A DNA stretch of 64,000 nucleotides from Bugula neritina (Eukaryota > Animalia > Bryozoa), in the NCBI GenBank assembly GCA_964035545.1, contig OZ037773.1:2323751-2387750 (forward strand), in the 5' to 3' direction. Shown here in pieces: positions 54,148-64,000 of this stretch. Every line of letters starts with the position of its first letter. The first letter of the stretch is position 1. Below the pieces are notes generated by a model. That model ran no database searches, was not told where the DNA came from, and was given only the letters and a program-made list of their open reading frames with translations. Both the position numbers and the translations under genes were made by a program.

Positions 54148-54337
54148 TTAAGATTCAATTTGGCCTGACTGTTGGAGTCTTCAACATGAGTAAATTCATC
54201 ACATGAATACGGTAGCCTGGGGTCATGATGAAATATATTATTACATTAAAAATGCTAAAATAAATGCTAAAATGTGTAATGTAAAAGAAAGAAATCCATC
54301 TGACTAAATATCCTAAGTCTTTTGAAATATCATCAAG
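54148..54337 (-). pseudogene. GPCR C-terminal fragment
   Basis: Paralogue of 45394-45570 with a small tandem duplication (aaatgctaaaat twice). Confidence 0.78.
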
Positions 54338-56397
54338 ACATCAATTATAGTATAGCCTAGCTCAGTAATATTATATACATTACTGTATATAGTAGTAAGA
54401 CATAATATAGTAATATATAATATAATATACCATAGTACAGCTCAAGTTGTACATGATATAAACAACATACTTATTGTTTAGAAATTCATATCAAGATGAT
54501 ACATAATATTATAAAAACAGATGACATATATTATGTCTTACTACTTTATATACAACACTGTATAAAATAGTAAGACATAATATAGTAATATAGAATTTAT
54601 TAATGCTTTTCATCAATTTGGTTGACATTGCTCTAGTATAAATTGAAGTTTAACTTGGTTTTATTAGCTGATAGCTCATTTGTAATAGATAGAGGAAATA
54701 CCGCTTCAAACACAGGAACATGAAACTTTTTATCTTTGAAATAGTTATATTAGCATTTAATACGTTTTATTGTTGTTTGATACCAGAATATGTGTACTCT
54801 GCCAGTTACACACAATAACAAAATGCAACTTTATAGCCTTCAGATAAAAAATATTTTAGAATAATGAGAGCAGAAATGAGTGAACAGGAATATTTGTTTA
54901 CTTAGTAGGCTATATGCATGTTACCAACTGTTGCTAGACATCAAGCTACCTAGCCTGCTGCATAATAATTATAATACTTTTAAAATCTAGGCTATTTCTA
55001 CAATCATACATGGCTATGCTAAAACTTCTTTTGTATAAAACTAGTAGAATAATACTACAATAATATAAATGATAATAATAATGCTTTTTCATGTTTATAA
55101 ATACATGGCACACCTGTCTAAAGCATACATGTTATAAATTCCTCAATGGAATCTCAGAATGAAAATGCTTCATCAAGTAGGAAACAACAACATCAACTTC
55201 ACACTGAGCTGTACAAGGGAATGTTTGAAATACAATTTATTAAACTCTGTGTGTATAATTGCTATTTATTTTTAATTACTGAAATATTAAATTTGAAACT
55301 TGGAGCCAAAATTTAAAGAAGGCTAATTAAAAAGACAGTATAACCTACATCAAATTGAAATTGCCTAAACATCTCCAAAATTTTATTCCTCAAATTACTC
55401 CAAGTTGTTGATTTTGCTCCCTACTAGTAGTTTATATAATATAAAGATTTTATAGCACAAATACTGAACACATGTATAATTAATGCTTTCATGAACATAT
55501 GCATTTTGCACCTAGCTCCTTTGACCTGTACAATTATAGCTTTTTCCAAAGTATTCTTTTTTTGTCAGAAAATAGTTTGTTTATATAGCCTATTTTAATT
55601 ATTTGCTTAATATGTGTATATTGTAGTATTTGTAGGCTAACAATATTAATTGTCCTTAGGCCATTCTCACACCTGTGATTTCTTGATAAAAAAATATCCA
55701 GGCTGTGCATCAAGAAAAACCTATCTATACCTTGAATGGTAGGAGTTCAGCTCTTCCTATGTACTTGGTAATTAAGGTAGGTTACCTGCAATTTACACAC
55801 TGTATATGAGTAAATGCACAAGTGCCACTATGTGAACTTATTGATAGATTGGTGCCCACAATTATGATTATTTGGAGTGCGTAATGTTTTTTTTTGAAAG
55901 AAATATTTAATAATTCTCATTTTGCCTTACAAAAGTGACCAAACTTTTTAAAAAGTTTAAAGTTCTGGTTAAACAAAAATAAATAAGCTATGCACTAATG
56001 ATGTTATATACAAAGTTAGGTCAAAATCTACATTATATCAATAATTGTTGAAAAGTACAATATTATTTTGAAGTTTAAAGTAATTTATTGGAATTCAACT
56101 CAAAGTTGCCTATACCAATTTCCCCAACAGTTTGACGTGGCTATATTGTATAAGATATGCAAATTAGATTGTTCTCCGAGTTTCATTGGTCTATGACAAA
56201 TAATTGTTTTCAATGTAAACATTAGGGCACACTAAGGCGTCAGTTTACGCAACCGCCATCTGATTGGATAATTTCTAACTACTGTTGATACGTATAAATA
56301 CAGCGTGCCCTAAGATCTGAACATCATTTAGCATCAAACTACTGTTGCAGCCACTACATCGAGAACAAGCATTCAACATTATCACTAACTGAACAGC

Positions 56398-56772
56398 ATG
56401 CCTCTTAAAGTTAGCTCCAAAGGTGCCAAGAAAGCAGCAAAGGCTAAAGGAGCTCCAATGTCTGGAGACAAGAGAGAACAAAGAAAAGGCAAAGGAAGTC
56501 CCAGCACATACATTACTTACAATGTGTTGAAGCAAGTCCACCAAGACACTGGTGTATCTAGCAGCGCCATGAGGATCATGGAGAGCTTTATCAATGATAT
56601 GTTCCATATAGTAGTGAATGAAGCAGCTAGATTGGCAGACTACAACAGGAAGTCCACCATAACAAGCCGAGAGGTAGAGACTGTCCTGAAGCTGATTCTG
56701 CCAGGAGAGTTAGCTAAGCATGCCGAGACTGAAGGCACAAAGGCTGTGACTAAATACGCCAGCTCCAAGTAA
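56398..56772 (+). CDS. H2B: Divergent histone H2B variant, 124 aa, intact
   Basis: Histone-fold motifs. Promoter and stem-loop present. Confidence 0.92.
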   Translation: MPLKVSSKGAKKAAKAKGAPMSGDKREQRKGKGSPSTYITYNVLKQVHQDTGVSSSAMRIMESFINDMFHIVVNEAARLADYNRKSTITSREVETVLKLILPGELAKHAETEGTKAVTKYASSK

Positions 56773-56799
56773 TCTCCAATCTCCATCACTAACCCCAAC

Positions 56800-56815
56800 G
56801 GCCCTTTTCAGGGCC
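56800..56815 (+). terminator. Histone 3' stem-loop
   Basis: GGCCCTTTTCAGGGCC. Confidence 0.95.
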
Positions 56816-58005
56816 ACTAATGTTTACTTGAAGAGTTGTTCAAACTTATGAATAATAAATTATTGATAAACCTTCTAGATATATATTGGGCTATATAAAG
56901 TTTGCAATGCACTCACTTATCAACATGTTCTATTTAAAATCTAAAATATGTAAAAAAGTTTATACATAAACAACTGAATAAAAAGTATAATCTTCTATCA
57001 CGCGTAACCTGCATTCCAGGAATTGTCCATCCCAGACTTCACAAATCAAAATAGTTATGTTGAAGCAGACTCCTGGTGCAATTGGTTCAGGTGCTGTTGT
57101 GTATAATAAACACGAATGGGTGGGTGGCCCAAATCAAATCTCGCATCACTTATAACATTGAAGAGAAGTCAGATATTATCACAATATTCTAATAGTGTAA
57201 CTCTCTCTATTGTTTAATAGCAGGTTCTATTCAATTATGATATATTGAGCTCTCTCTACAGTAGTAGTAACATGTGAAGACTTTGAGTATACAAGTAAGC
57301 AAATATTCTTGTTTACTTATTTCTGCATTGTTTAATAGGGTAGTTCTTATTATTCTAAAATATTTTTTATCTGAAGGCTGTAAAGTTGTATTTTGTTATT
57401 GTGTGTAACTGGCAGAGTACATATATTTTGGTATCAAACAACAATAAAACGTATTAAATGCTAATATAACTATTTCAAAGATGAAAAGTTTCATGTTCCT
57501 GTGTTTGAAGCAGTATTTCCTTTATCTATTACAAATGAGCTATCAGCTAATAAAACCAAGTTAAACTTCAATTTATAATAGAGCAATGTCAACCAAATTG
57601 ATAAAAAGCATTAATATTGAGTAAAAAGGAAACTTCCTAAACTAAGGGAAGATAACTCTGAGTTTGCAGTTTTCAAAGCTGCGGGGAGGGGGGGAAACGT
57701 TCTGTTGGTCAGAATAAACTAGAAAGTGGTGTGACTCATAAGGATACTATAGAATGTCTGCATACTAAAAGTTGACATTCTAGATGCTACAACAAAAGAG
57801 TGGCTACTGAGAGAATTACAGATACATCCAGGAAAGCAATATGATATTGTGTCATAGGCTCCACCCACCTGTCAATTTTTAGTCACAAGTTTTTTGAGAG
57901 ATAGTTTTATAGGTTTACAATACTTCTAAAAAATATTCTAAAAGTATTACATTACACAAACAATACTCACAGTATATGATGTAGCATATGCTCTCAGTCT
58001 ATCAT

Positions 58006-58750
58006 CACGGGCTTTCCATGGATCCATCTCAGCTAGATCGATCTGAAAAATGTGCTCAGATCAATCAATTTTCCATGACGATGTAAGATTGATGTTGCGT
58101 ATTTGCCTCCTCTTGAGTTAATACATTTTTCGAAGATAATTTGACCACCCACCTGAGTCTAGAAATTAACGCCAGCCAAAATAAACTATATGCAGCCAAG
58201 CTTTTTCAGTAAAGTAATTTGGTCAATTTATAATAATTAATTTTAATCTTTTAGCTTGACAGCTAGTATAATAACAATAATAGCTGTCTTGCAGACTATT
58301 TATAAACTTACAGGATTGTTAGGTTTGAAATTACGCGGCAAATAACTCTAATGAAAGTAAGATTTACTAGCCACTTGAATTTAATTTAAATGCTTCCATT
58401 TTTTGTATACCTTTTATCATCTATACTTCAATATAATTTAGTTTTCTTAGTCATTGCACTGAAAATTAAAGTTTTGGCATCTGAAAAAGTGGCTTTCGTA
58501 ATTATCAAGTACTTTGCTTTATACCAATTAGCAATAAGATATCATTTTTATATTAGAGGACGAAATTTAAACAAAGCAGTCTTTTTCTACTTCTCATATC
58601 GATCTATCTTCCTTCTTTCCATGGTCTTATTGCCTTGAGATTGATCTGAGTTCAAGCTCTACAGACCGACCAGCTCAGATCTATGGAGATTGATCTTCCC
58701 CGTTTTTCCATGGATTGATCTCACTGAGATCGATCCATGGAAAGCCGGTG
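58006..58750. mobile_element. CAC..GTG MITE, co-duplicated copy
   Basis: Same TIRs and flanks as 11662-12402. Confidence 0.85.
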
Positions 58751-59783
58751 TATGTAGCATAATTATGCTCTCAGTTTATTAGGTAGCATGAACTCTTAGT
58801 CTATGATGTAGCATGCTCTCAGTCTATGATGTAGCATATACTCTCAGTCTGTAATGCAGCATATACTCTCAGTCTATGATGTAGCATATACTCTCAGTCT
58901 ATTATGTAGCATATGCTCTCAGTCTATGATGTAGCATTTACTCTCAGTCTATAATGTAACATATACTCTCAGTCTATAATGTAGCATATACTCTCAGTTA
59001 ATAAAGGAGTGTATGCTCTCATGTTTATAATTGAGCATACTTTCAGCCTATGATGTAGCATGCTCTCAGTCTATGCTGTAGCATACTTTCTGTCTATATG
59101 ATATAGTTTGCTATCAGTCTATGATGTAGTGTATGTTCTCAGTCTGTATACTCTCAATATACTGCAATCATACATACATACATACACACATACACACATC
59201 CACGTATACACACACACTTGAACCATACTCAATTCTCACTTAGATTTACCTGGTGAAACATCGTGTATCTACTGTATCCACAAGTGATTTAGTAACTCTG
59301 TGTTGCAGCTGAGATATGCCTTAGAAGACACGCTGTACGAGGCCGGAGTGGACATGTATATTTCTGCCCATGAGCACTCCTATGAGCGGGCCTGGCCTAT
59401 CTATGACAGAAAGGTATTCCATGTCTGTTGTGTTTATATGTTGGGAAAGGGAGTTTTCTCCTCATGTAGATATGTACGTAGTCAATGATGTAGCATGCAC
59501 TCTCAGTCTATGATGTAGCATGTGCTCTCAGTCTATGATGTAGCATATACTCTCCGTCTATGATGTAGCATGTGCTCTCAGTCTATGATGTAGCATATAC
59601 TCTCAGTCTATTGTGTATAGCATATACTCTCAGTCTATTATGTAGCATATACTCTCAGTCTATGATGTAGCATATACGCTCAGTCTATGATGTAGCATAT
59701 ACTCTCAGTCTATGATGTAGCATATACTCTCAGTCTATGATGTAGCATATACTCTCAGTCTATTATGTAGCATATACTCTCAG
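58751..59783 (+). repeat. 25-bp minisatellite arrays flanking a phosphatase exon
   Basis: Arrays at about 58751-59157 and 59480-59783. Confidence 0.9.
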
Positions 59784-61522
59784 TACTACAATCAGTATGT
59801 TTCAAGCTTCTAAATTTGAGTTTGAAAGTTCTTTGTCTCTCGGCTGCCGATTGCTGTCCAACAGACATAATAGACACAATATCGGATAATATGAGGTGCA
59901 TCCAGAATTGCAATTTTTAATATAATGTCAATTTGTCCCCTCTCTAAAAAAGCAACATGTTTTATATCATGTAAAATCCTCATTTTAAGCTATTTATTTA
60001 TAGAAATAGATTGTATAAATTTGTACTCACATTGTAGATATGTAATGGGAGTTATGACCACCCGTACACGAACCCCAGTGCACCTGTTCATATTATAACT
60101 GGACCAGCTGAAAGTCAACCACTTGCTAGCACTTGACCTCTCTGTGTATTACTTTCTGTTATAATTATTTATGACTTTTCATATATACAATGCAGTGTAT
60201 TGTTTGTTGCAAAGGGCATGCAAAGCGGCCATGATGCATTTGAACCAGAAGTGCCATTTTGGAGTGCGTACCGCACACAGAACTATGGGTACAGTCGTCT
60301 GCATATAACCAACGCTACACATATGCTTGTGGAATGAGTAAGTGTTGCGATTGTACACGTTCAGGGGAGAGTAACTCCTGGCCAGTTCTCTCTTTCAATG
60401 CAAAGTTGTAAACAATACATAAAATATTATTACATCTCTAATAACTAATTATAGATTGGTCCATTCTAGTGGAAAGCTCCATTTTTTAAACAGTGATTCT
60501 GTTCTTATGAGTTTAGTTTCATGAGAGACTGAAACGAAAACAATATTTCATTTCCCCAAGTTAGAGTAATATTAAACCATTTAAATATAGCTCATTCAGA
60601 AAAATTGTAGTTTGACTATCGTGTTTAGGCTCAAAGGCACATCTTTCATATGGCATTAGCTTGTGTCAATACTCATTTTTCATTGAACCATTTTGCATTT
60701 AATACTGTATTACATTGCATGATTATATAATAAGTTTTTTTCTTTGTTAAAAACTGAAATAACCTGGTATCCCAGCTGTGATGCTCACTTTAGTCAAGCC
60801 CCCTACCTCCTCCCCTAACAACTAAATTAGGTATCTTGAAAATGTTTCATTTTATTTTAGCTCTTTAGACAATTTTGGTTATTAAAGTCACTGCGACCTA
60901 ATTTATTAGTATATATTTAACACAATCAAACTGTTTGAACCAAAAACAGTAAATATAAAGATAGAAACCACAAAAGCCATTAAAACACTCCCAAGAGTTA
61001 TCTATTCTCTGTTTTCATGATGATTTGATTGTCTAGTTAACTATAGCTGTCTGAAAAGCTAAACAAAGGTCAACAAATTTGTGTGCTTCCCACATCAATC
61101 ATACTCAGTTGCAAAAGGTAGGGCTGTAACTAAACCTCACATCTTGTAAATGTATGTATGTTGCTAATTACAAACTTTACTAGAACCTTCTCAACAATTT
61201 CTCACCCTTTCTGTTAGCTGATACTATTTAGATGAGAAGCAGGTATTGGATGTTATAGCTGTCAGGACTATATATGTAACAAGTCACAGACATGCAGAAT
61301 ATTATTTCCAGTTACAATATGAACAGTTTACACATAAACTTGTATGACTGGGTGATGACAACAGTTCTCTTCAACATGAGCAGATCATTCTAGTGTAGGC
61401 TCTCCTCCTTTCAGGTTGACGATGAACAGGATGGTAAAGTAACAGACTCAATCTGGGTTATAAAGAATAAACACGGAGCTGGCACTTATGATTGTCACCT
61501 CAAAGATGAGAAACGCTGGTAA
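59309..61522 (+). pseudogene. ACP7: ACP7-like phosphatase, last four exons, disabled
   Basis: Exons 59309-59413, 60038-60109 (donor GT>GA), 60215-60337 (TGG>TGA) and 61415-61522. Confidence 0.85.
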
Positions 61523-62598
61523 TCTCCCCCCAACTACTGCTGTTTCATATTGAACTAAGATGGTGCTTGTAATTCATTGAAGAAACTTTTAACTAAAGGC
61601 GCTCAATATTGTCATTATATGAAACTGGGCTCAATCATCTAGTCTATTAGTAATAGTAAAAAGTCAAACTGCAATAAATTAGTGTCAGTACAGTTATAAT
61701 TCTCAAGTGTCAACTATAATATAGTGCGCGTATATAGTATGTGTGTAGAATATAATATATCATAATATATATCATAATATAGTTGCATACTTTATATTAC
61801 TATTTTATTTCACTAATGAACATCTAGTATTTTGTTTTATGTGCTTATCAAAACTTAAAATTTTACAAGTCTTCATAAGCCGTAAACCAAGCTGCTTCCC
61901 ATTTATATATTTTTACTGATGTGCGTTACATAAAATGAATTATCTGTTGATATTTTATGCAAGAGGTGGCTTCTTTATTTTATATACATATATCTCATTT
62001 GTGTTTATAATATGTATGATTTTGATGCAAATTTCTAAATAATAAATATGTTGTTTATATCATGTACAACTTGAGCTGTACTATAGTATAATTATTATAT
62101 TCTATATTATTATGTCGTACTATTTTATACAGTGTTGTGTAATATTACTGAGCTATGCTATACTATAATATATTACTTAACTATAACACATAATGTTACT
62201 GTGTCATAATATGATAGTCAGTCTGCTATATATACTGTATTATATGATATTACTGCACCTATCAGAGCATACTATATATTGGTGCTACATACTATATACT
62301 ATCAGTACTGTTAGTATAGTAGTTAGTAGCTTGTCATAATATAGATCTAATTTCCTGCTGGATGGTCAGTAGCATTTGCTCTGTAATTAATATGCACTTG
62401 AAATCTGCCAGCATTTCCATACCCAGTCTGTTTTGTTGCTTGACCTTGACACTGGTAACAAAATTAATATTGAACATTTCTGTAAGATGTAAAATTTTAA
62501 TTAAACGAGTTAGGTACATAAATTTAAAGTATTTCATCAGTAAAAGCAGTCAGCTTGTTTGTGTTCTGGAGTGAGACTGTATGTGAGAAACTAGTCTG

Positions 62599-63534
62599 AT
62601 GGAGAATAGCAGCGTTCTGTGCGGTGACATCACTGACTTTTGTGTAGACTCTACTAAATCCGCAGCGTTTTCATCTTTCAACATTTTCAGTGTTATATTC
62701 AACATTATCAATTTGGTTTTCCTGAAGAAGTTAGACAAATCCAAAAGAAACGCATCATTTTGGATAATAGTGAACATCGGTATCTGTGACGTTGTGACTT
62801 GCTCCTCCTTTTCTCTGGCAGTCAGCTGCAATTTGAACAGACAAATCATAACTTTACCAGCAGTTGGTGCTCGAACCTTTCAAGTTATAGTGATTACATT
62901 TGGCTTTGTCTCAATTGTTGCTAGAAATTTTGTATTGGAGACTGGCAGCTATGAGCGATACGTCTCCATCTGTCAGCCTTATCAAGTGAGCTATAACAAA
63001 GTGGTTAGCAATATGAAACTCTTCTTGGCCATTGTTTGGATATTTACCTTTGCTCTTATGACTATCACTATTGCCACTGATACCACCAAGTATTGCTTTG
63101 GTGAGTTCGGAGCTATCCCAAATGACTCCAATCCACAGACTAGTGTTGCGTTTGTTGGATCCATTACAACAGCTTTTGTCATCTCTGTCATCTGCTTATC
63201 TAAGACTTGGAGAGAGTTGAAGAGAATGCAGTCCAGAAGTACAGTTCCAGGAAAAGATGATCTGATAGTGAAGAGATCTGCCCAGTATATTATAATAATC
63301 TTCATCACTCTTTACTTGTCCTACATTCCAACAGCCATATCCTTAGTTTGTAATAACCTTAATGATATTTTAAAGGGCTTAGGATATTTGGCCAGATGGA
63401 TTTCTTTCTATTACATTACAATTTTTAGCATTCTTAATGTTGTAATATATTTCATCATGACCCCAGGCTACCGTATTCATGTGATGAATTTACTCATGTT
63501 GAAGACTCCAACAGTTGGTCAAATTAAATCTTAG
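62599..63534 (+). CDS. Intronless 7TM GPCR, 311 aa, intact paralogue
   Basis: Four amino-acid differences from 15992-16927 by eye. YERY motif retained. Confidence 0.88.
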   Translation: MENSSVLCGDITDFCVDSTKSAAFSSFNIFSVIFNIINLVFLKKLDKSKRNASFWIIVNIGICDVVTCSSFSLAVSCNLNRQIITLPAVGARTFQVIVITFGFVSIVARNFVLETGSYERYVSICQPYQVSYNKVVSNMKLFLAIVWIFTFALMTITIATDTTKYCFGEFGAIPNDSNPQTSVAFVGSITTAFVISVICLSKTWRELKRMQSRSTVPGKDDLIVKRSAQYIIIIFITLYLSYIPTAISLVCNNLNDILKGLGYLARWISFYYITIFSILNVVIYFIMTPGYRIHVMNLLMLKTPTVGQIKS

Positions 63535-64000
63535 ACCATTACTATGATACAAGTTGTTGTAGTAGTTTTGTTAAACAATGTTCATGCTTGCTACATATTG
63601 TAACCATAATTGTTTGATGTTGCTATGACAACATGAGAAATAATATATTTTGTTATGATATTTAAAAAACCCGCCATGAAAAAGATATGTTGTGTAGAGT
63701 AATGCTTTGAATAAATGTTAAAAGTATTCTGTATTCCTATTAAATTGTGAACAAAATTTACAAAGGAAAGAAGTGTAGGAGTTGGCGGAACAGGAAGTTA
63801 GTGGTCTGAGTCCCGTCACATGATATGTTTGAAAGAGTATCCACTCATAGTTTCTCCTGCATGTGCAGCGTTTAAAAAATTTCTCAGCAGGCTTTAAATT
63901 AAAACCTTTTCATTAGATGTTCTCACGATAAACACTATAAACTTATATAATTATGAGCTTTTCGAGGCTTCGAATACACTTGCATATATGTTAATATAAT

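Overview
AT-rich animal genomic DNA, probably a lophotrochozoan invertebrate (inferred from the [17 protein letters not shown] H2B tail). The window is a mosaic of recent direct and inverted segmental duplications. The repeated unit is [divergent H2B gene with histone promoter and 3' stem-loop] - [CAC..GTG MITE in a 25-bp minisatellite] - [last four exons of a purple acid phosphatase/ACP7-like gene] - [intronless 311-aa 7TM receptor]. I count ten H2B-derived loci and found no H1, H2A, H3 or H4. The main observation is a two-copy chimeric gene on the minus strand (20301-18851 and 39042-37606) that the ORF track misses because it is spliced. An H2B promoter and the first 23 codons of the H2B tail are fused in frame to a four-exon GT-AG gene fragment. 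That fragment encodes a SANT/Myb-like domain resembling the NPAT-binding C-terminus of the histone-locus-body proteins FLASH (CASP8AP2) and GON4L/YARP, and the gene ends in the H2B 3' UTR and histone stem-loop. Both copies keep an open 160-aa frame. Also present: a Penelope-like GIY-YIG fragment with a minimal hammerhead ribozyme, a foldback hAT-type element with an 8-bp TSD, a TA-flanked TIR transposon sitting on a rearrangement junction, tRNA-derived SINE-like heads and long microsatellites. All family assignments are from motif recognition by eye; no database search was run.
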